From positions 49,578,639-49,642,638 of the forward strand of contig NC_069114.1 in NCBI RefSeq assembly GCF_025612915.1: a stretch of DNA of 64,000 nt, read 5' to 3'. How positions within the stretch are numbered: the stretch's first letter is position 1; each line of letters starts with the position of its first letter. This document shows positions 14,990 through 27,639 of this stretch, piece after piece. This stretch comes from Crassostrea angulata. Lineage: Eukaryota. Position numbers and translations under genes: made by a program. The notes below the pieces were generated by a model. The model ran no database searches, was not told the origin of the DNA, and saw nothing but the letters and a program-made list of their open reading frames with translations.

Positions 14990-15243
14990 TTTAGTCAAAC
15001 CAATAGCGCCGATGTTCCCTCCGTATGTCGTAGTACCATGCCCACAACCAACGGCTCCAGACAGCGTGGTACACAGGCCCTCCACAGCTATCCCACGATT
15101 CACTGCGTGTGCAGGAGGAGGCGGGACACGGCACGTGGTGGCGCATGCGTAGTAATCTCCGATGGAGTCCAGAATGGAGACAATGGTGGCAATAAAGAAC
15201 CCCACAAAAGCACTGATGCTGAATCGAATCAGGCCAAACTGTC
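14990..15243 (-). CDS. SLC23 exon with NAT-family signature (..[59 protein letters not shown])
   Basis: ctag acceptor, AAA|gtaaat donor; near-identical to human [60 protein letters not shown]. Confidence 0.9.
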
Positions 15244-15331
15244 CTAGATAAAATACTCTTTTAAAATAAGCAACCATTTGGTAATGAGTTTTACTAAAGG
15301 ATAGAATGATTAAAATACATATGATAAAAAC

Positions 15332-15494
15332 CTGGGTAAGGGAACTGAAACCACTTGGCGTTTTTGATGACGTAGTTTCTGGTATCCGTTCTGGCATAAT
15401 ACAGTTTGTCGTTGACTGACGTAGCGCTGTCAAACACTCCGCACTCTGTCAGAACGAGGCTGAAGATCCAGCCAACCACAATGGCGATCAGAAT
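15332..15494 (-). CDS. SLC23 exon (ILIAIVVGWIFSLVLTECGVFDSATSVNDKLYYARTDTRNYVIKNAKWFQFPYP)
   Basis: aaaacag acceptor, CCAG|gttttt donor; matches human [53 protein letters not shown]. Confidence 0.8.
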
Positions 15495-15615
15495 CTGTTT
15501 TTAAAAACACTTGAGTTACATTTAGAGCTTAAAAATATCTCCAAAATACTACAAACGAGACATTCCCGGAAACAAGACAACTTGTGAGACCCAGTACTGA
15601 AAGAAAGGAACTTAC

Positions 15616-15736
15616 AGCAAACACCTGATGCAGAGGATATCTGATCACGTGACAAGATTTTTTCCTGGTCCATACAGGGATGGGCATGTTGTGTTTGGAC
15701 AGGTACAGGGACAGGATGATGGCGATAGCACAGGTC
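15616..15736 (-). CDS. SLC23 exon (TCAIAIILSLYLSKHNMPIPVWTRKKSCHVIRYPLHQVFA)
   Basis: ttgcag acceptor, GCT|gtaagt donor; matches human [39 protein letters not shown]. Confidence 0.8.
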
Positions 15737-16147
15737 CTGCAATTCAAGTCAACTAACCTAAGTACATCATGTATACTGGTCCGCGTTTGTGGTGTCACAA
15801 GTTATAATTGCTTATTGCTTGTGTATATGATACAATCGGAGACCGTACGATGAACATGGTGGATGATAAGCATATATCCACTGGTTTAGCCATTGTGTTG
15901 TGTAGAAACATGTATATACATTGAAGTCATGGCCACGTGTAAATTAAATACAAATGAGGAAATGAGGATCAGTAACGTCTTGCTCTTTTTATATACAAAT
16001 GCCAAAAATATATCTTATCATTGTAATTTAGAATAACAAGTCTATACATTATAATTTTTTATGAACTAGAAATTAGAGAGAATTAATTATTGTCACGTTT
16101 TGATAAATATAAATAAACAAAGCAAAATAATTAGTGACTATACAAAC

Positions 16148-16346
16148 ATGGACGAGATTCCCCAGTGAACTTGCGCGAACTTTGTGACGGATGTGACCAT
16201 GTATATTCCGATCAACAGAATTGTGGGTACTATGGTGACCGGTCCAATGAAGCGCAGCAGGACCCCGACCAATCCAGTGGCGCCGACCACAAAGTGGATC
16301 ACCCCGGCCAGCATCAGACTGCCCTGTAACTGTAGCCCAGAAACTG
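16148..16346 (-). CDS. SLC23 exon (SVSGLQLQGSLMLAGVIHFVVGATGLVGVLLRFIGPVTIVPTILLIGIYMVTSVTKFAQVHWGISSM)
   Basis: acceptor aaag|CAG..., donor AT|gtttgt; matches human [60 protein letters not shown]. Confidence 0.7.
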
Positions 16347-17441
16347 CTTTATGTATCATAAACATCAGTGTATTACTTTTTATAGCATTACATGGTTAAA
16401 ACTGCATCAGACTTCTCTGTAACGGCTCAGCTGGAATACTGCTAAATCGAACACTCCCAGAGTTAAAAGTGTATATGTGCAGGTATTGTTTACAACAGGC
16501 AGTGATATATTAGGAGAAAAATAATTAGCAAAAAACGACTCATTTATGATTAGAATTACACCAGCATTTGTGTCAATGAATTGTGTGTAATTTTTCATCC
16601 ATCAGACTATTTAACAAACATATTCTTTGTAAATACATAAGATTTGTTTAATTAAATAGACATCGTTTAAATTAATTTTTTGTTTGTAAGTAAAGGCCCT
16701 ATTACACCAGGTTGCTTTTCCACAGAGTTATCACAGCATTGTAAAATTTCTGGAAGCGACCGAGGCATTTCTATGTAGCCCACGCGGGGTGCGACTGCGC
16801 TCCTAAAGAATTTTACTTGCATGGCGATTGACAGTGCTTAGACTGAGCGCCCATTACGTGCGAGGAGTTTTCACCTCTGTCATAGTGTTGAATACACTTA
16901 CTTGCGTGCACAAGACTTTTTGTGACGCAGTGACGTCAAATCCAAAAGGACTCCTGGAATTCTCCATGCAAGCGCAATGGCGGCCACAGTGACCCCAATT
17001 GGTTTTACATCATGCTCCTCAGAACACAGATTCACGGCGCGTACTTTGTGCATGCTTAAAGTACGCGCCGTCGAATGTTGTTTTAGGTAACTCTACCGCG
17101 ACTAACGAAGATGCCGCTGTGTTGTTGCGCAGCTGTAAGAGACTCTATTGCATGCACCTTGGTGTTCTGCTCAATTCATGGGCGCAGCATGTACTTTAAG
17201 GACGCAGCCAAGGTGTAACAGGGGTTAAAAGGGTTACTGGTATTGTTCTTACTGTTTGTATATGATAAATAATGACGTCATCGTTACTGGTGTAGATAAG
17301 TTCTGTCGAGTTGGAAGTGGTGTTGAAATCTGAAAGCATAAAAAAATCTGTCGTAAAGACCAAAAAACACAAGATGTCGTTAAGACGAAGAGAGTAGATC
17401 TACGAGTAAAATTGTGATAAAGTGGTGGTCATTGTACTAAC

Positions 17442-17536
17442 ATGTAGTTGTCATGTTGCATCTGTCCTTGTCAATGGCTGCCATGGCAACCAGTGGTGCC
17501 ACATAGTCCGGTGTAGCTCCTTGGTACAGAGGTAAT
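17442..17536 (-). CDS. SLC23 exon (LPLYQGATPDYVAPLVAMAAIDKDRCNMTTT)
   Basis: acatacag acceptor, T|gttagt donor; matches human [30 protein letters not shown]. Confidence 0.75.
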
Positions 17537-17645
17537 CTGTATGTCAGAATGCAGGGATTATATCAATTATTAGAGTTCGAATATTATTTATTGTGTGGTG
17601 CCACATAGTCAGCTGTAGCTCCTTGGTACAGCGGTAATCTGTAAA
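17492..17645 (-). repeat. ~100-bp tandem duplication of SLC23 exon acceptor + first ~50 nt (pseudo-exon copy at 17592-17645 upstream of real exon 17442-17536)
   Basis: gtggtgccacatagtc(c/a)g(g/c)tgtagctccttggtacag(a/c)ggtaatctgta at 17497-17545 and 17592-17642. Confidence 0.8.
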
Positions 17646-17723
17646 AATTCATCACAATAACAGAATGCACTCTCTATATGAAGTATTTGTTGAAAAGAAG
17701 AGTATTGTGTCATGGATAACAAC

Positions 17724-17881
17724 CTTACGCCTATGGTAACCATGAGGAGCGTAGTAATCCCATTCATGAACAATGTGGAGCTCAGCAACCTCGACTTAAA
17801 GTCCTCGTCATGTTCTGCGCATGCGTAGTCAGCAACTAACAAGGATACTGCCAACGACGTTGAGAGAGACAATAGCGCTTG
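17724..17881 (-). CDS. SLC23 exon (QALLSLSTSLAVSLLVADYACAEHDEDFKSRLLSSTLFMNGITTLLMVTIGVR)
   Basis: tttcag acceptor; donor AAG|gttgtt chosen because it yields GVR+LPL continuity matching human TFGCRLPLFQ; matches SVCT2 [38 protein letters not shown]. Confidence 0.75.
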
Positions 17882-17960
17882 CTGAAATAACGGACCATCA
17901 TCATTAAATTAGGCATATTATTGTTATAATACAAAGATTTTTCACTAATTGTTAACTTAC

Positions 17961-18149
17961 TTGCATGGCAAAGAACAGCGTGAGATGGATGGGCGTGGCC
18001 TCACTGATTTTGTAGATCAGTGGGTTGTCCTCCATCTCGATTTTGGGGTCATCGTCTGGAGTCTTCTTTGTAGAGCCCTCTGAGGTCTGGTCAGTACAGC
18101 AATAAGGCTTAAATCCTCCATTATACTGCTGGTCGTTTTCTTCTGGGCT
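17961..18149 (-). CDS. SLC23 (nucleobase-ascorbate transporter/SVCT-like) 5' coding exon (..TPDDDPKIEMEDNPLIYKISEATPIHLTLFFAMQ); possible initiator ATG at 18035, or continues from an unseen upstream exon
   Basis: minus-strand ORF open from acceptor (tag at 18150-18152) to CAA|gtaagt donor (17959-17960); aligns to region just before QHYL motif of human SVCT2. Confidence 0.55.
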
Positions 18150-18519
18150 CTAGGTAAGACAATGTGAAATTAATACATCATTACAAATGTACAGAGTCTA
18201 TACTTTTCTAAACAAAGGTAAACCAGAAAGGTTGAATTATTATTACAATTACTGAACTTTTTGAAACTATGTTGATGTTCGATTTGACGGACCATTGCAT
18301 GTCTGTCGTTATGACGTCATAATCTTTTATCTTTTTGACACACTTTATTAGCTCAACTTAGACTCAATTTAGCTTTAAACACTGTGTCAGATAATTATGC
18401 CAGTGCCAATGTGGCACTTTTGCACCCGTCTAATGTGCATATATCGAAAAATTTAAATATGCCATATGATAGACCATTGCTGAAAGAGTTTACAACCACC
18501 TTTGTTAGCGTTGTATCTC

Positions 18520-19666
18520 ACCTGTCAGGTGGGTTGAAGTTTTACATAGGAATATATAGAGTAAATTTTTATAAAAATCTTCTTCTCAGAAACTAATCAG
18601 CCAGGAAAGCTGCAACTTGTGCCGAAGCATCTTCAGGTAGTGTAGATTCCAAGTTGTGAAAATCATGATCCCTGGGGGTAGGGTGGGGCACAATGGAGGG
18701 TCAAAGTTTTACATAGGAATATATAGAGTAAATATTTAAAATTCTTCATATCAGAAACTAATCAGCCAGGAAAGCTTATTTTTTTTTAAATCTTCTCAAA
18801 AACTAATCAGTCAGGAAAGCTGAAGCTTGTGTGGAAGCATCCTCAGGTAGTGTAGATTCCAAGTTGTGAAAATCATGACCTTGGGGGTCAGGTTGGGGCC
18901 ACAATGGGGGTCGAAGTTTTACATAGGAATATATAGAGTAAATATTTAAAATTCTTCATATCAGAAACTAATCAGCCAGGAAAGCTTATTTTTTTTAAAT
19001 CTTCTCAAAAACTAATCAGTCAGGAAAGCTGAAGCTTGTGTGGAAGCATCCTCAGGTAGTGTAGATTCCAAGTTGTGAAAATCATGACCTTGGGGGTCAG
19101 GTTGGGGCCACAATGGGGGTCGAGGTTTTACATAGGAATATATAGAGTTAATATTTAAAATTCTTCATATCAGAAACTAATCAGCCAGGAAAGCTGAAAC
19201 TTGTGTGGAAGTATCCTCAGGTAGTGTAGATTCAAAGTTGTGAAAATCATGATCCCTGTGGGTAGGATGGGGCCACATTAGTGGGGTGTTTAAGTTTTAC
19301 ATAGGAATATATAGAGTAAATCTTTAAAAATCTTCTTCTCAGAAACTAATCAGCCAGATGATTCTTTATAATTGTTAAGACTTTGGCTCCAGGACAATTT
19401 TTCGGCTTCACAAGAAGGTTCGGAGTTTAATGTAGCTTTATATCCCATATATAAACAATTGTTAAGGATCTTTTTGAGAACTGAAATACTCAACATGTGA
19501 TATGACTATAAAATCATCCTGTTAGAAAAGGGACTAATGATGATAAACATAAGAATATCCAGGGGGGAAAATGGATTTTATTTATACAGGATCAACATGT
19601 ATTATTGTACATTGTCCAGATTGTTTGTATTACGACTCCATTAAGCTGATTTTATTATACCTATTG

Positions 19667-19704
<38 letters not shown>
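18520..19704 (+). mobile_element. Helentron/HINE-like composite repeat copy 1: hairpin head (cacctgtcaggtg) + ~5 units of 167-210-bp satellite (contains AAGCTT) + 340-bp tail ending GGCCCATGGGCCTCTTGTT
   Basis: tandem units at 18541/18708/18918/...; tail palindrome GGCCCATGGGCC; same architecture as copies at 22240 and 29600. Confidence 0.5.
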
Positions 19705-19707
<3 letters not shown>

Positions 19708-21639
19708 AGTCTTGTCAGTATGGACAAGCAATGCGGATACCTGTAATTAATTATAGACGCCTTGACACTGGCATATGTTGTATGTAAACAAGACGGCATC
19801 GTCTGGTCTACACGACTATCAACTTTGTCAATTGAAGTGTCCAACAGGATCTGTACATTTAATTTCGAGATTCAGAAGCGAAATGTCTATGAAATATTTT
19901 CCATCCCTTTGATTGCCCTTTTTTAAAATGATGTCTACAATTTAAAACGATCACGCTATATACCGTGTCTCAATTTATGTACATGGTAATATGAGATATA
20001 CCTGTTATCAAGTAAAAGTACCAACCGGTTAAAGGACCTATTAATAACGGGTTTTTTGTAGAGGGGTGAAAGGGTCAACCATCAGCTTTAGAATTGTACG
20101 AGGGGTTGGTTTTTGTTGACATCTTATCAGATCTCTATAAGATCAGTGTTCATATACAATTTTTAAGACACAGCGCTGCCGTTGGACTGAAGGAAGATCC
20201 TGCAGTGCGTGACACAGTTTTTCAAACTTTGTAATGCTTAATTAAACGTGTCCTAGTTAATATGCAAAATATTATAAATACTACTACAGCCAGCTGATTG
20301 CCGCTCGTCGGCAATAAAGAGGCAAGTGTAGATTCGTAGCTGGTTATAACTTTAAAATGTAGATGTAAATAGAATACTTATAAAAGTATATATAAGTCCA
20401 TTCATCTCCCGCAATTGTCATCAAGTACCGTATACGTAAAAATTCCCGACCAAATAAAAGCAACAAAATCTCAACAATGAAAGCGGCCTCTTTGGGCATT
20501 TTCCTCAACGTTTACGTATACACATTCAAATTTATACACAGTTTTAATATAAGCGGACAGTGGTTGAATTGTTCGCCATCATGGAAATTCCTACCTGATT
20601 CCGTGGTACCGGGTCTTCCAGAAAGCCCGGATTACTGGATGCGTTCACACACTCGTGGTCAGGCCCGGGGGTGGGCGTAAACCTAAGAGGAATCACCGTC
20701 GCGTGTGCAGGCTCCATGTCTGTGCGTGGAACTGGGGGTCCGCACCAGTCCTCCGATCCAATGTGTGCCTCTCAACGCTCTGGTAATTTGACGGGTTTCA
20801 ATAAACCTTAATGCCGTTTATTATTCCTTTTTCTTTATTTTTTTCTTGTTTTGTTGACGCTCCCAAAAAGTTTTATTTTATTTACTTGCACAAGCTGGTG
20901 TCCTATTACTCAACCACTGCAGAAAATAGTTAATTATTTTGTTTACGTAATGCAAACGTTGACACACAACGCATATCCCTTCTTATTGACGCTTTATCAT
21001 AAAAATAAAATCAAAATTTGAACACTTGTTATTTGAATTTAAATCGAATATATTATTACAATTCTTCCAAAAGTATTGAGGAGAATTGTAAAAGAGCTCA
21101 TATACCCCACGCTCGTATATTTTATGACAAATATGCAAGTAACTGATCGGACTTAATGAAAATCCAATAGACTATTTAATCTCACAAGAAAAGGATATTT
21201 TGTTCCATTGAGTGAAAAACAATATATATAGTGTGAATATAGCGTCAGGATACTTTTTGTAGTAAATTATTTTTTAAAACGTCAAGAAGACAGGAAAAAA
21301 GTCGGCATACGGTGACTCTACGTACATGTACCTCGCGCTCTAAATAATATGCTGTCTTCAGAAGTAATATTTTGTATTGAAATTTTCAGCTCTGAATTTC
21401 AACAGGGTACTGACGTTTCGGTGTAATATTTTTGTCACTTTACGCCGAGTTTTTATGACTTTTGGATCAACCCTCGTATAATTTGCCACCTAACGATACA
21501 TTTGATTCAACTTAGATCTTACATAGTTCATTGATATCGTTTGGAGTAAGTGGTTTTGTATAAATATTGCGCAGTGGAATCATTCAACGAAACTAGGAAT
21601 ATTATAGATTGATATATATTATTAATTAAGTTTTTGCTC

Positions 21640-22200
21640 TTGTTAAAAAGTATATTGTTAACGTTATTTGTAGACAGATAAAATTGGATTATCATTCGTA
21701 CAACCGTTAAATATGGTGTTGCAGATAAAAATTATAGTATACTGATCGTTAATTAAAGTTAACGAATCCTTAACTATAGTCTACGAACCGTAAACTATAG
21801 TTAACTATAAACTATTGATAACTATAGTTTAGCGTCCGTAAACGATATTAACGCCGTTAACCTAAAAAAAAACCCACACATCTGTAACATATTTAAATCG
21901 ACCATCTACATGTTTGTTTCAGAAAACAACCATTGGCTATTGCAAAACATGAATTATCTGATAAATATAGTTTCACTATTTTGAAACTATGATTGACAAC
22001 TTTTAACTATATTTAACGAATGTAAATTATAGTTTACAGATATCAACAAAATCTATTGTTGACGTTATTGTATTTGCAGACAAATAAACTTAGATTATCA
22101 TACTTTAACATGTATAGTTTACAACCGTAAAATATAGTTTTACAGATGTTAACTATAGTTAACGAATGAACCTAATTTATAAAATGTGAAACTATGTTTA
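21640..22200. repeat. AT-rich region with ~110-bp direct repeats (21655-21770 / 22055-22170) and many short palindromes (taactatagttaac, gttaacgaa)
   Basis: read directly; immediately upstream of Helentron-like copy 2 head. Confidence 0.5.
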
Positions 22201-22239
22201 GCTCATTTTTCGGAATTTGGCGTGCCATATACCTTTCCT

Positions 22240-22240
22240 C

Positions 22241-22277
<37 letters not shown>

Positions 22278-24095
22278 AATTGGTCTTCGTCCGTCGTCGT
22301 GCGTCTGTGCGTCGTGCGTTAACAATTTTACATTTTTAACTTCTTCTTGAAAACTACCAGGCCAATCGTTACCATTTTTTATGTGAAGCATCTCTATGGT
22401 ACGAAGAATCTAAATTGTGAAATTCATGGCTCTACCACCCTTGGAGTGCCACGGGCGGGGCCAAATGCCAAAAAAGCCAAATTTTCAAAAATCTTCTTCT
22501 CTACTCACACGCATGTGAGGAAAAAACCGGTTGCATGGTTATGATGTCCATGAAGCCCTCTAACAAAATTGTGAAATTTATGGCCCCAGGGTCAGGGGTT
22601 CTGGCTTTAGGATGGGGCCAATATGGCCATATAGTAAAAATGTATTAAATCTTAGAAAATCTTCTTTTTTACTACCATATATATTTTTTAAAAACTAAAT
22701 GCATGATAATGATGTCCATGAAGCCCTCTACCTAAATTGTGAAATTTATGACCCCTGGGTCAGGGGTTCAGGATCTAGGGTGGAGCAAATATGGCCAAAG
22801 AGTAAAAATGTATTAAATCTTAGAAAATCTTCTTCTCTACTCCCATACATGTATATATTTGTTAAAAACTAAATGCATGATTATGATGTCTATGAGGCCC
22901 TCTATCATAATTGTGAAATTCATGACCCCTGGGTCAGGGGTTCAGGCTCTGGGGTGGGGCCAATGTGGCCAAATAGTAAAAATGTATTAAATCTTAGAAA
23001 ATCTTCTTCTCTACTCCCATATATATTTGTTAAAAACTAAATGCATGGTTATGATGTCCATGAGACCCTCTACCAAAATTGTAAAATACATGACCCCTAT
23101 GTTAGGTGTTCAGGCTCTAGGGTGGGGCCAATATGGCCATATAGTAAAACTGTTTTAAATCTTAAAAATCTTCTTCTCTACTCCCACACATGTGAGCAAA
23201 AAACTGAATACATGGTTATGATGTCCATGAGGGCCTCTACTAAAATTGTAAAATACATGACCCCTTTGTTAGGTGTTCAGGCTCTAGGGTGGGGCCAGTA
23301 TGGCCATATAGTAAAACTGTTTTAAATCTTTAAAAATCTTTTTCTCTACTCCCATCCATGTGAGCAAAAAACTGAATACATGGTTATGATGTCCATGAGG
23401 GCCTCTACTAAAATTATGAAATTCATGACCCCTTTGTTAGGTGTTCAGGCTCTAGGGTGGGGCCAATATGGCCATATAGTAAAACTGTTTTAAATCTTTA
23501 AAAATCTTCTTTTCTACTCCCACACATGTGGGCAAAAAACTGAATACATGGTTATGATATCAACAATCTCCTTTACCTAAATTGTGAAATTCATGGCCCC
23601 TTGGTCAGGGGTTCAGGACATGAAAGGGGGGGGGGGCGCAATATGGCAATATAGTGTTAATGCATATAATGTTTAACAATTTTCTTCTCTATTCTCACAC
23701 ACCTGTATTAAAAAAATGACTAATAATTATGTTTACTAGGAAGACCTCTACTGAAATTTAATTTTCATGTCCCCTCAAGGATGGGTTTTGACTCTAGGAC
23801 AGGGCCAAAATGGATGTATAGATGTTTATGCATATAACGTTAAAAATTATATTCTTTACTCCCACACACCTGAAAGGAAAACTGAATTCATGATTTTGTA
23901 GACCAGATCTTAGTTTTTCAACAAAATTATAGGTTTCACAGTTCTTTTTGAAATGTGGTCGTCATTACAAATTTATAATTTTTCTACTCCAGTATGAAAC
24001 CTAATTAATTAGATGCATATATGAGGCTCCGTGACAAGTTTGTGTATGGGATGCATGCTACTCAGGTGACCGTTAAGGCCAGTTGGCCTCTTGTT
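22240..24095 (+). mobile_element. Helentron/HINE-like composite repeat copy 2: 27-bp hairpin aggtcacctgagtcactcaggtgacct + ~7 x 175-bp satellite (22440-23600) + tail ending ggccagttggcctcttgtt
   Basis: head homologous to reverse complement of 31560-31790; tail terminus homologous to copy 1 terminus. Confidence 0.5.
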
Positions 24096-25363
24096 ATATG
24101 CAAAGACTCAATGGGGTGTTCTACATTAATCGTTTATTTTTTGTTAATTTTTAGAAATCTAAAATGGAACATGTGTACATGACTTTAAAGGAATTTCTAT
24201 CAAAAAAGTCAACTACCCCGCGGGGAAAGGAGGGGGGGGGGGGGGGGTCTTGTCCCCAAGCACCTCTGAATGTACCCGGTTTCGTTGTCTATATAATAAT
24301 ATAAGTTATAACTTGGGAGGCCTTGAATATTCCAGGCCCTTGTGGATTCCATCAAAAATAGCAGTTGCGTAATAACGGCAGCGCTGACAGGGTGGGACGT
24401 TACTGACGTCGTCGTGCGGCGTGTGAGCAGACAGTTTACCGCCCGCCTTTATCAACCCATTCACATGAAAGAGAACTCCCATCCTATTGAGATTCCATAT
24501 TTGACGACGTTACATTCATTATGGTCATCAGGTGAGCAAACAAACCTAGCCCCACATTGACCATCATGATTAACGCAATGCCATTGAACAACTTGCATTG
24601 CATATATTGCATAATTATATCGTTTAAATCATCTGGACGTCGTCATGTATCTCAAACTTTTAGGACAACGTTGTCATCTTTCTTCACATGTGCAGAACTT
24701 ATTCACAAGATGCAACGTTTTTACCTTGTTATGTACATGTATATCCTTTTTTCACTCTTTTACACAAAATCAATATCCGTCAATTTTTTGAAGGCCTTTA
24801 AAGGAAAATCGGGGAATGTAAACCGATAAATATTTCAGTATCAAAGCATGGGTCTCTGTGGAATGTCGATTGTATATGTTATAGAAATTCGTGTTGTTTT
24901 AATGATTAAAATAACATGCAAAATTACCTTGGCAACAGCCGGAATGAAAACAGTTTCCTCCTCAGAAGAGGACATTTCCACTGAGCACGTGATTTCAGTT
25001 TTGATCGTATCTCTTTTTCTCTCATTAAAACACAAAGTAGTACTTTATCTCAACACGTGGAAGGCCTGTTGTTATTGAAAACTAGCTCTCTCCTTATCAG
25101 TTGGGGACAACATGACTGTCCCCGCCGGCAAATTGCCTCTCAGATTACATATTTATTTAATAATTACAATATGAACGTTCATGTACCAACAAACATCTGC
25201 TACAATAGCACGAGATCATATACATGTACAATATTGCAAAAAGCCATTGGTGGGAACTTGTCAATTATTGTTTAAGATAAAACCAATTTAAATTAATTTT
25301 ATTTATATGTCAATCAATGAAGTAACCTTCAACTGTCTAAGATAGTAAATTATATAGACATAG

Positions 25364-25565
25364 GAACTTGCGCTTGTTTTGCAAAGTTAAACTAATGGAA
25401 TAAAGATTAATTCTTTATTCCATTAGTCTAACTTTGCAATAAAGATTAATTCTTTGAGTATTATGAGTACGTGATAATTTTGGTCTGGGTGTGGTCAAAT
25501 CCAATAGAGCCCGAAGGGCTTTATGATAGATTTGATCACACCCTGACCGAAATTATCACTTCATA
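25364..25565. repeat. Two adjacent near-perfect palindromes (25364-25440 and 25445-25565)
   Basis: gcaaagttaaactaatggaataaagattaat|attaatctttattccattagtctaactttgc ; gtgataattttggtctgggtgtggtcaaatc...gatttgatcacaccctgaccgaaattatcac. Confidence 0.7.
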
Positions 25566-27030
25566 ATATTCAAAGGCTGATCTTTTAAATATTATATATT
25601 TATATAATTTTTGGCAATTGTACAATTAATTATTTAAATATAAATAAGTAAACCCCGCTTGTGCCCAAATTATAAGTCATTTGAATTTATTGGACTGTAT
25701 AGTAAAAAATTATGTGTAGTGTTATTACGGACAAAGGCACTGAAAATGTAAATATATAACCATAATCCCTTTTTTTTTTGGCTTGTCAAGATTTCCTATA
25801 AGTCTAACACCCCCCCCCCCCCCATCAATTAAGCTTCAACTTATTCATGATCTAAAAAATGTGCAGGGATTATAGACTAGTTGATTCTCTAAAAAAAAAA
25901 AATAGAAACTGTTAACTCCTTCAAAGCTTAAGTCTTTAACATAAATTAAATACATGATGGATTTCTTTTTTAATAATTCATTCTTAGTAAAATCATCGAG
26001 CATGCAGTGAGTGTACAGAAAACAAACAAGATGGCTGATTATTACAAAAATCAAACATAAAGCCATGAGCAGACAAGTCAGAGTTCATTATGGCAGAGAT
26101 ATAAAAAAATGGACGGATTTACAAACATAGGTCAAATGTACATATTGATCAGCAAACAAAAACAGCACAAATATTTTTGCAAGCTTGAATGGATGAGCCA
26201 TAAATTATAGCTGTACATAATTTGTTTCCATATTTCTATTGCTGTAACACAAAAATAGTCATCAGTAAATGAAAGTATTCTTTGATGCTGGTTGATGAAA
26301 TTGTTCATGCTGTAAGTATTTTACGGATGAATTAAACAGACTCAACCATTTTATTTTGTAAATGATACTAAAACAAAACCTAGACAAAATGTATTGTAGT
26401 TGTTTATCCTAACCATTTAAAGAATGTTTCTTTGAAAAACTTGTAACCCGATTTGATAATTAGTCTCCTGTAGTTCAAACATCTAGAAAACAAAATAAAT
26501 ATTTCTTGCAATTCTGTATTACAAATTATTGTTCAATATTCTTGATAAAAATCAGATAAATAGCTTCCTGTGTCAAAGGATACAGTGGTGGCTTTCTAAC
26601 TTTATGTATACTATATAGCACTGTGAAGATAAGACCAACAATATGACAACAAACAAATTTCACAAAGACCAACAGAACATAAACATGGCAAGAGTTGCCG
26701 ACCTCTGTCTGTCGCACAGAGAGAAATGGAAGGTCAGTGATTGGTTAACTACTCTCCAGTTTACAATCTATGTTCTCCTTTAATACAATACAAAAACAAA
26801 AAGCTGATTTGTGAGGAATCTGATTACAATGAAGTCTGTTTCTCTGTTTAAAAATAAGGTTAACTACAACATCTTCTGTACTGGTGCCCTGTCACTACAG
26901 GTTGTCTAGTGGCCCCTCCCGTCCCCTCCCTAAAGGTTACAAGCTTGGTGGCCCCTCCTGTGCAGTGATTGAGTATTCCTGTTTAGTGCGAGTTCCGTGA
27001 GCCCTTGTTCACTCTGGTTCCGATTCCTTT

Positions 27031-27147
27031 TCACCGTCTGAATTGTCCCGTGGGTCGCATGGATTCAACACGACCCTGGAGGTCATCGATCCGGACGTCC
27101 TTCAGGTGAATCAGGTGTTCCAGCCGATGAATTTTTGCTTGTAAAAT
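27031..27147 (-). CDS. SPEF1: SPEF1-like A terminal exon (ILQAKIHRLEHLIHLKDVRIDDLQGRVESMRPTGQFRR*)
   Basis: ctgtaccag acceptor; coiled-coil matches human SPEF1 VLQMKVRRLEHLLQLKNVRIEDL; stop TGA at 27033-27031. Confidence 0.8.
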   Translation of the reverse strand: MLQAKIHRLEHLIHLKDVRIDDLQGRVESMRPTGQFRR

Positions 27148-27639
27148 CTGTACCAGATAAAACAAATGAATAATTAAATGAATGCTTTCATTTGATATAG
27201 ATATCAAATACCTGCCTATTTTACTTATATACTTCTATTTCTTCCCTTTTTTGGTCATCAATTTCTACCATTATAAAGCATTTTTTTTTTACCGTATTGA
27301 TATGAAATCCTTCAAGTTGGCATCTCTTATTCATTTTTCCCATCTTTTTGAATAATTTTTAAAATTATTAAGCCCATTTTCCTAATTCTGAATCCCCTAC
27401 CAATATATAATTTAGCTCCTTTTTCTAATTTTATAGACCCCAATCAATGCCTTTATTTAGCTCCTTTCCCTGATTTTATAGACCCTTGAAGACCTGTACT
27501 AATACCTTTACTGAGCCCTCCCTACACATTATAGACGCCTTCCAATACCTTTACTTAGCCCTTTCTCTGATTTGTAGACTCCTATCAATGCCTTTACTAA
27601 GCCCATTCCTCTATCTAACACACCTTTACCAATACCTCA

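Noticed and set aside
16700-17230. GC-richer block in SLC23 intron with perfect hairpin ggcgcgtacttt..aaagtacgcgcc (17035-17070) and TGACGTCA as a regulatory element or MITE
   Set aside because: No terminal repeats/TSDs or second copy found in window; insufficient evidence either way.
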